54,149 bases of DNA from Acidimicrobiia bacterium (GCA_041619515.1 JBFKDW010000009.1:1-54149); one strand, 5' to 3'; positions 9,189 to 19,784 are shown, numbered from the stretch's first letter. The notes: generated by a model from the letters alone, not told the origin. Numbers and translations are program-made.

Positions 9189-9281
9189 ATGTTCAAGAAC
9201 CGCGAATTGCTGGTGAAGATCCTGGTGGTGATTGTCGTCCTGGGAATGTTGGGCTCGCTCGGAGCGCTCTTCGTTCAGTGA
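9189..9281 (+). CDS. Unannotated 30-aa single-TM peptide MFKNRELLVKILVVIVVLGMLGSLGALFVQ
   Basis: GAGG upstream of ATG 9189; stop overlaps the next start (GTGA 9278-9281); below the ORF-track length cutoff. Confidence 0.65.
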   Translation: MFKNRELLVKILVVIVVLGMLGSLGALFVQ

Positions 9282-9478
9282 AGGTCATCCTTCGCAACCC
9301 GCGCCGGGAGCTTGATATCGACGGTGACGCTTCGGTCAAGGATATTCTCGGGCGCCTCGACATCATTCCGGAGACCGTGTTGGTGATTCGCGACGGTGAG
9401 CTGCTGATGAAGACCGACCTGGTGATGGACGACGACACCATCGAGCTGCGCCCGGTGATCTCCGGCGGGCTGGGGTGA
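9278..9478 (+). CDS. ThiS/MoaD-family ubiquitin-like sulfur carrier (TtuB-like) ending GG-LG
   Basis: 66 aa beta-grasp pattern ...DDDTIELRPVISGGLG; directly upstream of ttuA. Confidence 0.85.
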   Translation: MKVILRNPRRELDIDGDASVKDILGRLDIIPETVLVIRDGELLMKTDLVMDDDTIELRPVISGGLG

Positions 9479-9485
9479 TTCGCCG

Positions 9486-10403
9486 ATGAAGTGCAAAGTG
9501 TGCAAGGCACCTGCCGCGATCGAGATTCGCCGCCATCACGCCGTGTTCTGCAAGGAGCATTTCTTCAGCCACATCGTGCGTCAGGTGGAGCGCACCATCC
9601 ACGACTACGACATGATGCAACCCGGCGAGCGCTTGCTCCTCGGTGTGTCGGGCGGGAAGGACAGCCTTGCCCTCTGGGACATCCTCACCGACCTCGGATA
9701 CGACGTCGACGGTGTCTATATCGAGCTCGGCATCGGAGGCGAAGCAGGCTACAGCTCGAACAGCCTGCAGCTCGCCGAGCAATACGCCAAGAACAGAGAT
9801 CTCGATTTGCGGGTGGTCGATCTGGCCGAAGAGTACGGCTACACGATTCCCGAGGCGGCTTCCGAGACCCGCCGGGTGGCCTGCTCCGTGTGCGGCCTCT
9901 CAAAACGATACGTGCTCAATCGCGCCGCCCTCGACGGTGGCTACGACGTGCTCGTTATGGGCCACAACCTCGACGACGAGGCAGCCGTTCTCATGGCAAA
10001 CACGCTGACGTGGAATGTCGAATACATGGGGCGCCAGCGGCCGGTGCTTCCGGCCACCCGCCAGGGACTGGTGCGCAAGGTCAAGCCGCTGCTGCGGATC
10101 GCTGAGCGAGAGACCGCCGCCTACTGCGTGCTGAAGGCCATCGAGTACGAGGTCGACGAATGCCCGATGGTGGGAGGGAACACCGGCATACGCATCAAAG
10201 AGTGGCTCAACGTTCTGGAGGCCCAGCGTCCCGGCACCAAGCAGCGGTTCCTGTTTGGATTTCTGGACAGGGCCTCGGAACAATTCGCCACTGCCCACCA
10301 GGAGCAGGTGCAGCTGCAGGAGTGTGGCCGGTGTGGGCAACCCACCACCGGCGAAGAGTGTGCGTTCTGCCGTCTCGCCGAACGGATGACCCGGCGTGGC
10401 TGA
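9486..10403 (+). CDS. ttuA: tRNA 2-thiouridine synthetase TtuA/Ncs6 family
   Basis: N-terminal CxxC...CxxH Zn finger, SGGKDS PP-loop, CSVC, GHNLDD, CP, C-terminal CxxC...CxxC. Confidence 0.85.
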   Translation: MKCKVCKAPAAIEIRRHHAVFCKEHFFSHIVRQVERTIHDYDMMQPGERLLLGVSGGKDSLALWDILTDLGYDVDGVYIELGIGGEAGYSSNSLQLAEQYAKNRDLDLRVVDLAEEYGYTIPEAASETRRVACSVCGLSKRYVLNRAALDGGYDVLVMGHNLDDEAAVLMANTLTWNVEYMGRQRPVLPATRQGLVRKVKPLLRIAERETAAYCVLKAIEYEVDECPMVGGNTGIRIKEWLNVLEAQRPGTKQRFLFGFLDRASEQFATAHQEQVQLQECGRCGQPTTGEECAFCRLAERMTRRG

Positions 10404-11178
10404 CTTCGGGAAGGGCGACCACTGCCTGCTGACCGATTCGAAGGGGCGGCAGTTCCTGATCACGCTCGAAGAAGGCGGGGTGTTCCACTTCCACAACGGA
10501 ATGCTGGCTCACGACGACGTCATCGGGCGCCCGCAGGGGAGCGTGGTGCACAGCTCCCAGGGTGGCCGGCTGGTGGCAGTCATGCCCCGGCTGGCCGACT
10601 ACATCCTCAACATGAAACGGGGTGCCCAGGTCGTCTATCCCAAGGATCTTGGAGCCATCATCGTGTGGGGGGACATCGGCCCCGGTATGACGGTGCTTGA
10701 AGCCGGGACCGGCTCGGGCGCTCTCACCATGGCTCTGGTGCGGGCGGTGGGCCCGGGCGGGCGGATCGTGAGCGTAGAGCGCCGCGAGGACCACGCCGGC
10801 CATGCCCGGCGCGCGCTGGAGATCTACTTCGGGGGACTCCCGGCCAACCTCGAGCTGCGGCTCGGGGAAGTCGCCGCCCACATCTCCCAGGTGCAGCCCG
10901 ACCGGCTGGTGCTCGACCTACCGGAGCCCTTTGCCGTCGTGGACGCCGCCGCCGAGTCGCTGCCTCCCGGGGCCATCTGGGTGTCGTACGTGCCCACCAT
11001 TCCCCAGGTTCAGCAGACCACCGAAGGGCTGCGCGGGGCAGGCTGCTTTGCAGAGATCGCCAGCTTCGAGGTGCTCCACCGGGAATGGAATATCGATGGG
11101 CGGTCGGTTCGTCCCGATCACAGGATGGTGGGTCACACCGGATTCATCACCGTCGCCCGCAAGATCCACACCAACTGA
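10396..11178 (+). CDS. trmI: tRNA (adenine(58)-N1)-methyltransferase
   Basis: RGAQVVYPKD, EAGTGSGAL, LDLPEP, RPDHRMVGHTGF. Confidence 0.95.
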   Translation: MADFGKGDHCLLTDSKGRQFLITLEEGGVFHFHNGMLAHDDVIGRPQGSVVHSSQGGRLVAVMPRLADYILNMKRGAQVVYPKDLGAIIVWGDIGPGMTVLEAGTGSGALTMALVRAVGPGGRIVSVERREDHAGHARRALEIYFGGLPANLELRLGEVAAHISQVQPDRLVLDLPEPFAVVDAAAESLPPGAIWVSYVPTIPQVQQTTEGLRGAGCFAEIASFEVLHREWNIDGRSVRPDHRMVGHTGFITVARKIHTN

Positions 11179-11281
11179 GTCGATGGCAAAACGCGAAACC
11201 CGAATCAATAGCCTGTTAGGTTGCACAGTCCGATTTCTATAATCTTCGAAAGATGCCGCTTCTGAGAACCGATAGGACGAC

Positions 11282-13006
11282 ATGACCAATTACGAGTCGC
11301 CCGGCGCCGACGAGCTGCGGAATACGATCTCGATGCTGGAAGAGGAGTTGTCGGTGCTGCGGCGCCGCCTGCAAGATTCACCCCGCCGGGTTCGGGTACT
11401 CGAAGAGCGGCTGCTCGAAGCCAAGGGTCAGCTGACCCAGGCCGTGCACCAGAACGAGAAACTGGCCGCCGTCCTCGAGGAGACCCGTGAGCAACTCGCC
11501 ATCTTGCGCGAAGAGGTCGAGAAGCTCACCGCCCCGCCCAACCCGTTTGGCACCATTCTCGGGATCAACGAGGACGGGACCGCCGACGTCATGACCGGGG
11601 GACGCAAGCTCCGGGTCAACGTCGAGCCCACGTTGGAGATCAAGGAGCTCGAGCGCGGCCAGGAAGTCCTGCTTAATGAGGCGTACAACGTCATCGACGT
11701 GCGGGAGTTCGAGCCGCAAGGCGAAGTCGTCGCCGTCAAGGAGATCGTCGACGAGGCCCGGCTCATTGTGCTCGGCCGGGGCGACGAGGAACGGGTCATC
11801 GAACGAGCGTCCCCGCTGGCAGGCGAGTTCCTGCGAGTCGGCGACCATGTGCGCCTCGACACCCGCACCGGGCTGGCGTTCGAGAAGCTGTTGCGGCCCG
11901 AAATCGAGGAGCTCGTGCTGGAGGAAGTGCCCGAGACCACCTACGAGGAAGTCGGCGGTCTGCGTGAGCAGATCGAGACCATTCGAGATGCGGTGGAGCT
12001 CCCCTACCTGTACAAGGAGCGGTTCGCCGACTACCAGCTGCAAGCCCCCAAGGGAATCCTGCTCTACGGCCCACCCGGCTGTGGCAAGACGCTGATCGCC
12101 AAGGCGGTAGCCAACAGCCTCGCCAAAGCCGTTGCCGAGAAGACCGGCTCGGAAGACTCACGCTCCTACTTCCTGAACATCAAGGGGCCCGAGCTCCTCA
12201 ACAAGTACGTTGGCGAGACCGAGCGCCAGATTCGCGTGATCTTCCAGCGAGCCAAGGAGAAATCCGACGAGGGCGTGCCGGTCATCGTCTTCTTCGACGA
12301 GATGGATTCCCTCTTCCGCACCCGGGGCACCGGCGTCTCCTCGGATGTGGAGTCGACGATCGTCCCACAGCTCTTGTCCGAGCTGGACGGGGTGGAAGCA
12401 CTCAAGAACGTGATCGTGATCGGTGCCTCCAACCGTGAGGACCTGATCGATCCCGCCATACTTCGGCCGGGCCGCCTGGACGTGAAGATCAAGATCGAAC
12501 GACCCGGCCCCGAGGCGGCACAGCAAATCTTTGCCATCTACCTGGTCGAAGAACTGCCGCTCGATCCCGAGGAGCTGGCCGCCCACGGTGGCGACAAGGC
12601 GGCATTGCTGGATTCGATGATCAACGCCACCGTGACCCGCGCCTTTGACTCCTCCGACGCCAACCGCTTCCTTGAAGTGACCTATGCCAACGGAGACAAG
12701 GAGTTGCTCTACTTCAAGGACTTCCTGTCGGGCGCCATGATCGAGAACATCGTCCGCCGGGCCAAGAAGGAAGCCATCAAGCGCGAGATCGCCAAGGGCT
12801 CTTCAGGGATCAAGACCACCGATCTCATCGATGCCATCGTGCAGGAGTTCCGTGAGCACGAGGACCTTCCCAACACCACAAACCCGGACGACTGGGCTCG
12901 CATCTCGGGCAAGAAGGGCGAGCGAATCGTCTATGTGCGGACGCTCATCGAAGGTGACAAGGAAAACCGCACCATCGAAGCTACGACCACCGGCCAGTAC
13001 CTCTAG
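11282..13006 (+). CDS. arc: Proteasome ATPase ARC/Mpa
   Basis: N-terminal coiled coil, OB domains, [15 protein letters not shown]-terminal GQYL. Confidence 0.97.
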   Translation: MTNYESPGADELRNTISMLEEELSVLRRRLQDSPRRVRVLEERLLEAKGQLTQAVHQNEKLAAVLEETREQLAILREEVEKLTAPPNPFGTILGINEDGTADVMTGGRKLRVNVEPTLEIKELERGQEVLLNEAYNVIDVREFEPQGEVVAVKEIVDEARLIVLGRGDEERVIERASPLAGEFLRVGDHVRLDTRTGLAFEKLLRPEIEELVLEEVPETTYEEVGGLREQIETIRDAVELPYLYKERFADYQLQAPKGILLYGPPGCGKTLIAKAVANSLAKAVAEKTGSEDSRSYFLNIKGPELLNKYVGETERQIRVIFQRAKEKSDEGVPVIVFFDEMDSLFRTRGTGVSSDVESTIVPQLLSELDGVEALKNVIVIGASNREDLIDPAILRPGRLDVKIKIERPGPEAAQQIFAIYLVEELPLDPEELAAHGGDKAALLDSMINATVTRAFDSSDANRFLEVTYANGDKELLYFKDFLSGAMIENIVRRAKKEAIKREIAKGSSGIKTTDLIDAIVQEFREHEDLPNTTNPDDWARISGKKGERIVYVRTLIEGDKENRTIEATTTGQYL

Positions 13007-13264
13007 GTTGGAGCGGGTCACCGACTCACACCCCAGGCCGGCTGCGGGGATTCAGGCCGGTCCATTCGCTCGACACCCGGAGAGCGGGGGGATGGGGCCG
13101 TGATGAAGCCGTGTCCCGGCCGGCGCCGCTCGGCAGGGAATCGTCCCCCGGTGCGAATCGACCATCGGCGCTCACTAGTCCCCTCACAGCGACAGGCAAT
13201 GAACATCGAGGCAACCTCCCACCCGGGGTACTCTGTAGCACTGGATTAACCCGGCAGGCATGCA

Positions 13265-14752
13265 ATGAGCGCAATTCACAAGGTCATCGGCACCGAGACG
13301 GAGTTTGGGATCTCGGTCCGCAACGCCCCGGACTTCAACCCGGTGCTCGCCTCCTCCATCGTGGTCAACTCCTACGCCGGCCTGCGAGCCAAGATCCAGT
13401 GGTCACACGAAGAGGAGTCGCCCGGTCGCGACGCCCGGGGTTTCGGGCCCGAGGGCGGCATCCTGCCGGATCTCGACGGAGGGCTGGTGAATGTGGTTCT
13501 GGGCAATGGAGCCCGGTTCTACGTCGACCACGCCCACCCCGAGTACTCCGCTCCCGAGTCCTACGACCCCTACGAGGCGGCCCTATACGACAAGGCGGGT
13601 GAAGTGGTCCTCGCCCGGGCCGCCGCCGAGGCCGCAGCAATTCTCGAAGACGGCCAGTCACTCGTCATTCACAAGAACAACTCCGACGGCAAGGGCAACT
13701 CGTACGGGAGTCACGAGAACTACCTCATGAACCGGGAGGTCCCCTTCAGCGACGTCGTCGACTACTTCACGACCTTCCTGGTCACCCGCCAGGTGTTCAC
13801 CGGTTCCGGAAAGCTGGGATCAGAGAACGGCCGCATCGCCGTCCCCTTCCAGCTCACCCAGCGGGCCGACTTCTTCGAGGAGGAAGTCGGTCTCGAGACC
13901 ACGCTCAAGCGGCCGATCATCAACACCCGCGACGAGCCCCACGGCGACCCGTCCAAGTATCGCCGCCTGCACGTCATCATCGGTGACGCCAACATGAGCG
14001 AGGTCCAGAATCTCCTCAAGCTGGGGTCGGCCGCCATCATCCTCATGGCCATCGAAGACGGTGTCATCCCCGACTCTCTCCGGCTCGCCAGGCCCGTCGA
14101 TGCCACCTGGCAGGTGAGCCACGATCTCGAGTTGACCAAGCCGCTCGAGCTGGCCGAGGGGGGGACCGCCACCGCTCTCGAGTTGCAGGGCCGCTATCTG
14201 GAATGGGCCCGCAAATACGCCGAGAACAACGATCTGCCACCGTCCTACGACCGGGTCCTGACCGAGTGGGAGTCGGTGCTCGACGACCTCGAGCGGGACC
14301 CGCTCTCGACTGCCGATCGTCTGGACTGGGCGGCCAAATACCGCCTGCTCCAGGAATATCGAGAGCGCGATGGGCTGGACTGGGACGCCTCCAAGCTGCG
14401 GCTGCTCGCCCTGCAATACCACGACGTCGACCCGTCCAAGGGCCTGTTCTACAAGCTCGAGCAGGCCGGCCGCATCCGCAAGCTCTTCACGCCGGCGGAG
14501 GTGGAGACGGCAGTCAACGAGCCGCCCGCCCGCACCCGGGCCTACTTCCGGGGCAAGTCGGTGCGCAAGTACGGTGAGTCGCTCGTGGCCGCCAACTGGG
14601 ACTCACTCGTGTTCGATTCCGGCGAAGAGACGCTCAAGCGGGTGCCTATGATGGAGCCGCTCCGGGGAACCAAAGAGCTAGTTTCTGATCTATTGGACCG
14701 GTCAGGCGACGCCGCCAGCCTCCTGCGGGCACTAGGAGAAGACGATGAGTGA
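13265..14752 (+). CDS. dop: Depupylase/deamidase Dop
   Basis: [34 protein letters not shown]. Confidence 0.95.
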   Translation: MSAIHKVIGTETEFGISVRNAPDFNPVLASSIVVNSYAGLRAKIQWSHEEESPGRDARGFGPEGGILPDLDGGLVNVVLGNGARFYVDHAHPEYSAPESYDPYEAALYDKAGEVVLARAAAEAAAILEDGQSLVIHKNNSDGKGNSYGSHENYLMNREVPFSDVVDYFTTFLVTRQVFTGSGKLGSENGRIAVPFQLTQRADFFEEEVGLETTLKRPIINTRDEPHGDPSKYRRLHVIIGDANMSEVQNLLKLGSAAIILMAIEDGVIPDSLRLARPVDATWQVSHDLELTKPLELAEGGTATALELQGRYLEWARKYAENNDLPPSYDRVLTEWESVLDDLERDPLSTADRLDWAAKYRLLQEYRERDGLDWDASKLRLLALQYHDVDPSKGLFYKLEQAGRIRKLFTPAEVETAVNEPPARTRAYFRGKSVRKYGESLVAANWDSLVFDSGEETLKRVPMMEPLRGTKELVSDLLDRSGDAASLLRALGEDDE

Positions 14753-14939
14753 TCGAGAGCAAAAACGCACCGACCGCCGCACCTCCGAGACCGAAGAGGT
14801 TGCGGAGGAGATCGAGGCCTCCGACGAGGCACAGGAAGTGACCGAGCGCATCGACGACCTGCTCGACGAGATCGACTCGGTCTTGGAGGAGAACGCCGAG
14901 GAGTTCGTCAAGAACTACGTGCAGAAGGGCGGCGAGTGA
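14745..14939 (+). CDS. pup: Prokaryotic ubiquitin-like protein Pup (C-terminal GGE)
   Basis: [28 protein letters not shown]. Confidence 0.97.
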   Translation: MSDREQKRTDRRTSETEEVAEEIEASDEAQEVTERIDDLLDEIDSVLEENAEEFVKNYVQKGGE

Positions 14940-15733
14940 GCCTCGACCTTCCGTCCGGGCTTCCACTCACCCAGCACGCACCGGACGCCAGCTTCCTCGG
15001 CCTCCTGCTGAGGCACAACCTGCAACCCAGCTGGGATCTCGGCCCCGGCATGGCCGAGAAGCTGCAGGCACCGGAGGCAACCACCATCCTCGCCCTGCGC
15101 TACGCCGAGGGCGTGGTCATGGTTGGTGACCGGCGCGCCACCGAGGGACATACCATCGCCCATCGCCGCATGCAGAAGGTGTACCCGGCCGACGGCTTCT
15201 CCGCCGTAGCGATCGCCGGCACCGCCGGCCTGGCCATGGAAATGGTCAAGCTGTTCCAAACCGAGCTGGAGCATTACGAGAAGCTGGAAGGCACCCGCCT
15301 CAGCCTGGAAGGCAAAGCCAATCATCTGGCGCGCATGGTGCGCCAGCAGCTCCCGATGGTCTTCCAAGGCCTGGTGGTCGTTCCGTTGTTCTGCGGGTAC
15401 GACGAAGAAGAGTCGGCCGGCCGCCTCTACACCTACGACGTCGTCGGCGGCCGGTATGAAGAAGACGACTACGCCGCCTCCGGCTCGGGTGGCCGGGAAG
15501 CCAAGGCGTACCTTCGGTCCGTGTACCGCGACGACCTCGGCGAGGAGGAGGCCCTCACACAGGGCATCGCTGCCATCGCCGCCGCCGCCGAGCAGGACAC
15601 GGCTACCGGCGGCCCGGATATTCGCCGCCACATCTACTCGACCGCCGTCCTCGTCAACCGTGACGGCTACCGAGAAGTCGACGAGGGCCGGGTAGCCGAG
15701 CTGTCGCAGAGCCTGGTAGGGGATTCAGAATGA
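14936..15733 (+). CDS. prcB: 20S proteasome beta subunit
   Basis: 48-aa propeptide, then TTILAL...GDRRAT, SGSG, DTATGG. Confidence 0.95.
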   Translation: MSLDLPSGLPLTQHAPDASFLGLLLRHNLQPSWDLGPGMAEKLQAPEATTILALRYAEGVVMVGDRRATEGHTIAHRRMQKVYPADGFSAVAIAGTAGLAMEMVKLFQTELEHYEKLEGTRLSLEGKANHLARMVRQQLPMVFQGLVVVPLFCGYDEEESAGRLYTYDVVGGRYEEDDYAASGSGGREAKAYLRSVYRDDLGEEEALTQGIAAIAAAAEQDTATGGPDIRRHIYSTAVLVNRDGYREVDEGRVAELSQSLVGDSE

Positions 15734-16410
15734 CCCTCCCGTACTACGTCCCACCCGAACAGCTCATGAAGGACCGGGCCGAGTTTGCCCAGAAGGGCAT
15801 TGCCAAAGGCCGGTCGATTATCGCCGTCGAGTACGCCGACGGCGTGCTCATGCTGGCCGAGAACTCGAGCCGGGCGCTGAACAAGATTGGCGAGATATAC
15901 GACCGTATGGCCTTTGCCGGGGTCGGCAAGTACAACGAGTTCGAAGCGCTGCGGGTGGCCGGAATCCGCCATGCCGACCTCAAGGGCTATTCGTACGGCC
16001 GGTCGGATGTAGCCGCCAAGAGCCTGGCCAACGCATATTCGCAGACCCTGGCGGCCGTTTTCACCGAGAGCGTCAAGCCCTATGAGATCGAGATCCTCAT
16101 CGTCGAAGTCGGAGACGATGCGGCCGATACCAGCCTCTTTCGCGTGCGCTACGACGGCACGCTCGTCGACGAGGAAGGGTTCTGCGCCATCGGGGGCCAG
16201 GAGGACGAGCTGACCGAGAACATGAAGCAGCGGTACCAGCCGGGAATGGAGACCGGTGCCGCTCTCCGCTTTGCAGCCGAGGCGTTCGAGGCTGTCGAGG
16301 ATCGACAGATCGGTTCGAACGAGTGGGAGGCCGCCGTGCTCGATCGGACCAATGGACGGCGCATGTTTCGCCGCCTCACCGTCGAGGAGATCACCGCCGC
16401 ACGGAGCTAG
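15730..16410 (+). CDS. prcA: 20S proteasome alpha subunit
   Basis: PYYVPPEQLMKDRAEFAQKGIAKGRS, GKYNEFE. Confidence 0.95.
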   Translation: MTLPYYVPPEQLMKDRAEFAQKGIAKGRSIIAVEYADGVLMLAENSSRALNKIGEIYDRMAFAGVGKYNEFEALRVAGIRHADLKGYSYGRSDVAAKSLANAYSQTLAAVFTESVKPYEIEILIVEVGDDAADTSLFRVRYDGTLVDEEGFCAIGGQEDELTENMKQRYQPGMETGAALRFAAEAFEAVEDRQIGSNEWEAAVLDRTNGRRMFRRLTVEEITAARS

Positions 16411-16419
16411 GGCAGCGGG

Positions 16420-17775
16420 CTAGAGGCTCCTGATCAGGCGCTCGACCCGTTCGTCGATGGCCTTGAACGGGTCCTTGCACAGCACGGTGCGCTGGGCCTG
16501 ATCGTTGAGCTTGAGGTGGACCCAGTCGACGGTGAAGTCCCGCTTCTTTGCCTTGGCCGCCTTGATGAACTCGCCGCGGAGGCGGGCGCGGGTCGTCTGC
16601 GGTGGATGGCTGATCGCCTCGGTGATGGCGTCGTCCGTCACCACCCGGTCCATCATGCCCTTGCGCTCGAGGATGTAAAAGAGGCTGCGCTTGCGGTTCA
16701 CGTCGTGGTAGGCGAGATCGAGGAGCGCCAGGCGGCCCGACGCAAGCTGCAGCTGGTGCTTGGCGCGGTAGCGGTCGACGATGTGGTACTTGGCTACCCA
16801 GTCGATCTCCCGGTGCAGGCTGAGTGGATCCTTCTCCAGACCGGTCAGCAGGTGTTCCCACATGTCGACTGCCCGCTGCACCTGGGCGGGGAAGCCGGTC
16901 GTCCTGCCGTATCTGGCCGCCCGTTCGAGATACTCCCACTGGATGTCGAGAGCCGAGAGCTCGCGACCGTTGAGGAGGCGAACCTTTCGTTTGCAGGTGA
17001 TGTCGTGGCTGATCTCGCGGATCGCCCGGATCGGGTTCTCCAGGGTGAGATCCCGAAACACCACCTCGTCTTCGAGCATCTGCAGCAGCGCCGCCGCGGT
17101 GCCCACTTTCACGTAGTTGGCGTACTCGGACATGTTGGAATCGCCGGCGATGACATGCAGCCGGCGGAATCGCTCGGCGTCGGCGTGTGGCTCGTCACGG
17201 GTGTTGATGATGGGGCGGCTGCGGGTGGTGGCCGATGAGACGCCCTCCCAGATGTGCTCGGCCCGCTGGGCTATGCAATACACGGTGCCGCGGGCGGTCT
17301 GCAGCAGCTTGCCGGCGCCGGAGAAGATCTGGCGAGACACGAAGAACGGGATGAGCGTGTCGATCGTGCGCTGGAAGTCGTTGTGGCGGCCGACCAGGTA
17401 GTTCTCATGGCACCCGTAGGAGTTGCCCGCCGAGTCGGTATTGTTCTTGAACAAGAAAATCTCGCCCCGAATGCCTTCTTCCTCCAGGCGCCGCTCCGCC
17501 GACTGGACCAGCCCTTCGAGCACCCGCTCACCCGCCTTGTCGTGGGCTACCAGGTCATAGAGGCTGTCACACTCGGGCGTGGCGTATTCGGGGTGGCTGC
17601 CGACGTCGAGGTAGAGCCGGGCGCCGTTTTCGAGAAAGACGTTCGACGACCTCCCCCAGCTGACCACCCGGCGGAACAGGTAGCGGGCCACCTCGTCGGG
17701 GGAGAGCCGGCGCTGGCCCCGCAGGGTGCACGTGACGCCGTACTCGTTCTCGAGGCCGTAAATCCGACGGTCCAT
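16420..17775 (-). CDS. pafA: Pup-protein ligase PafA
   Basis: [43 protein letters not shown]. Confidence 0.96.
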   Translation of the reverse strand: MDRRIYGLENEYGVTCTLRGQRRLSPDEVARYLFRRVVSWGRSSNVFLENGARLYLDVGSHPEYATPECDSLYDLVAHDKAGERVLEGLVQSAERRLEEEGIRGEIFLFKNNTDSAGNSYGCHENYLVGRHNDFQRTIDTLIPFFVSRQIFSGAGKLLQTARGTVYCIAQRAEHIWEGVSSATTRSRPIINTRDEPHADAERFRRLHVIAGDSNMSEYANYVKVGTAAALLQMLEDEVVFRDLTLENPIRAIREISHDITCKRKVRLLNGRELSALDIQWEYLERAARYGRTTGFPAQVQRAVDMWEHLLTGLEKDPLSLHREIDWVAKYHIVDRYRAKHQLQLASGRLALLDLAYHDVNRKRSLFYILERKGMMDRVVTDDAITEAISHPPQTTRARLRGEFIKAAKAKKRDFTVDWVHLKLNDQAQRTVLCKDPFKAIDERVERLIRSL

Positions 17776-17782
17776 GCCGGTC

Positions 17783-17788
17783 AGCGTA
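17783..17788 (-). promoter_or_regulatory. -10 element (TACGCT) of probable leaderless pafA transcript
   Basis: TANNNT 7 nt upstream of ATG 17775; no Shine-Dalgarno. Confidence 0.5.
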
Positions 17789-17922
17789 GCGGCCGGCTCA
17801 TTCAACTCCGGGCAGCCCGGGCATGGGGCGAACCGCCACGCAGCCCTCTTCCCATCCCTTCACCGACCTGATATGCCTTGGCCCCGATGAGAACAGTCCA
17901 TCTCTACGACGCCCGACGCGTC

Positions 17923-17928
17923 CATAAT
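17923..17928 (+). promoter_or_regulatory. -10 element (CATAAT) of probable leaderless pafBC transcript
   Basis: 6 nt upstream of ATG 17935; no Shine-Dalgarno. Confidence 0.5.
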
Positions 17929-17934
17929 CCCCGG

Positions 17935-18858
17935 ATGAGCAAGGTCATCGAGCGCATTCTCAATCTGCTGGCGTTCCTGCTGACGGTCGGCCGGCCCGTG
18001 TCGGCCGAAGAGATACGGTTCACCGTTGCCGGCTACGAGCAGGCCGAGGACGAAGCATTCCGGCGGATGTTCGAGCGCGACAAGGAGCTGCTCCGCCAGC
18101 TCGGCATCTCCCTGGAGATGCAGGCGACCGATGCCTTCGAGGTCGAGTACGGGTACGTGGTCCCCGAGGGTGGATACGAGCTGCCCGATCCCGGGCTGAC
18201 CGACGAAGAGCGGGCGGCGTTGTGGCTGGCGGCCCAAGCGGTGCGGCTGGGCGGCCAGCCGTCGGGGCCGGAAGCCATCTTCAAGCTCGGTGGGGTGCCC
18301 GGCTCCATCGGAGGCGAGCCGCTGGCAGCCAATCTGGGTGAAGAAGTCGGGTTGCTCGGCGACCTGTTCACATCGGTGGTAGATCATCGGGTGATCGAAT
18401 TCACCTATCGGGACAGAGCCCGGGTCTTCAAGCCCTACGGCCTCGTCCACCGCCGGGGCCATTGGTACCTCGTCGGAGCGTTGATGGACGGCGACACCCG
18501 GGCGTTCCGGGTTGACCGCATCACTGATCTCCGGCTGCGCGCGGCGGTGGGGGCCTTCGAGCGACCGAGCGGATTCGACGTGAAGACATCGATCCCAGAT
18601 GCCCCCTGGGAGGCCGGCCCCGAGGACCTCGTCGCCGAGGTCGTGTTCGATGGCGAGGTTGCCTGGTGGGCGCAGCGCGAGATGGGAGCGAACGCCGAGG
18701 TGGTAACGGAGCCCGGGGGGGCACTGCGGGCTCGGATACCGGTCGCCCATCCAGACGCCTTCGTCGGATGGTTGCTCGGATTCGTCGACCAGGCCGAAGT
18801 CGTATCACCTCCGGAACTTCGCACCCGACTCCTCGAACGGGTCGGCGGCTCCTCGTGA
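17935..18858 (+). CDS. pafB: WYL-domain transcriptional regulator PafB
   Basis: ERILNL...AFRRMFERDK wHTH; GHWYLVG...FRVDRI. Confidence 0.9.
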   Translation: MSKVIERILNLLAFLLTVGRPVSAEEIRFTVAGYEQAEDEAFRRMFERDKELLRQLGISLEMQATDAFEVEYGYVVPEGGYELPDPGLTDEERAALWLAAQAVRLGGQPSGPEAIFKLGGVPGSIGGEPLAANLGEEVGLLGDLFTSVVDHRVIEFTYRDRARVFKPYGLVHRRGHWYLVGALMDGDTRAFRVDRITDLRLRAAVGAFERPSGFDVKTSIPDAPWEAGPEDLVAEVVFDGEVAWWAQREMGANAEVVTEPGGALRARIPVAHPDAFVGWLLGFVDQAEVVSPPELRTRLLERVGGSS

Positions 18859-19784
18859 CGTCGGCCAAGACCGCCAAGCGGCTCACCCGCATTCTCTCGA
18901 TGCTCCCGTACGTGATCGCCAATCCCGGGGTCAGCGTCGACGAGCTATCGGACCGGTTCGGCTACCGCCGCAAGGAGTTGATCGACGATCTCAACCTGGT
19001 GTTTCTCACGGGCCTGCCCGGCTACGGCCCCGGCGACCTGATCGACGCCAGCGTTGAGGACGACGAGGTGTTCGTCGACACCGCCGACTATTTCGCCCGG
19101 CCGCTGCGATTGACGCCACCCGAGGCTCTGGCCCTCCTTGCCTCCGGAATGGCCCTCACCTCGGCCGGGCAGGGCCCCCCGGCGCTGGAGAGCGCCATCA
19201 GCAAGCTCAGCGCGGTGGTGGCCCCGGAAGCGGAAGGGGGGCTGGTAGTGGACCTGAAAGAGCCCGAGCACGTCGACCTCCTGCGGGGCGCGGTTGCCGC
19301 CTCCAACGTGGTGTCGCTCACCTACACCGCCATTGGCAGCGGGAAGACCACGGAGCGATCCGTTGAGCCGTGGTCGGTGTTCTCGGCGAACGGAAACTGG
19401 TACCTGTCGGCGTTCTGCCGGAGCGCCGGTGCCGAGCGAGTATTCCGGGTCGACCGAATCCGCCGGGCAATGACCACCGACGAGAGCTTCACGCCGCCCG
19501 ACGCACCCCCGCCACCCGAGGTGCGCTACACCCCGGGCGAAGAAGATGTTCGCACCACCATTCGGCTGGGCCCGGCGGCGCAATGGGTGGCCGAGTATTA
19601 CCCGGTTGAGGACCTCGGAGGCGGAAAAATCCGGTTCTCATCGGGGGATCCGGCGGTCGCCGCCCGTCTCCTCCTGCGGCTGGGAGCGGACGCCGAGTTG
19701 ATCGATGGGCCCGAAGTGGCGAATCTACTTGCCGAATACCGCCGCCGCATCAGCGCCCGCTATGCAGGGACTAGCCCATCTTGA
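18855..19784 (+). CDS. pafC: WYL-domain transcriptional regulator PafC
   Basis: GTGA overlap with pafB; RILSMLPY, GLPGYGPGDLID, WYL...FRVDRI. Confidence 0.9.
   Translation: MTSAKTAKRLTRILSMLPYVIANPGVSVDELSDRFGYRRKELIDDLNLVFLTGLPGYGPGDLIDASVEDDEVFVDTADYFARPLRLTPPEALALLASGMALTSAGQGPPALESAISKLSAVVAPEAEGGLVVDLKEPEHVDLLRGAVAASNVVSLTYTAIGSGKTTERSVEPWSVFSANGNWYLSAFCRSAGAERVFRVDRIRRAMTTDESFTPPDAPPPPEVRYTPGEEDVRTTIRLGPAAQWVAEYYPVEDLGGGKIRFSSGDPAVAARLLLRLGADAELIDGPEVANLLAEYRRRISARYAGTSPS

Noticed and set aside
11221..11243. TTGCAC...TATAAT as a -35/-10 pair or PafBC site for arc
   Set aside because: Spacing is 11 nt, too short for -35/-10, and the hexamer at the PafBC position (TGCACA) does not match TGTCGG
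13190..13264. c-di-AMP (ydaO) riboswitch-like fragment TAACCCGGCAGGC
   Set aside because: The other conserved ydaO elements are not recognisable; cmscan would settle it
14745..14939. Pup ending in Glu rather than Gln
   Set aside because: Common in Actinobacteria; Dop is then needed mainly as a depupylase
17935..19784. WYL proteins as defence-system regulators
   Set aside because: Paired PafB/PafC signatures within the Pup-proteasome locus; no defence genes nearby
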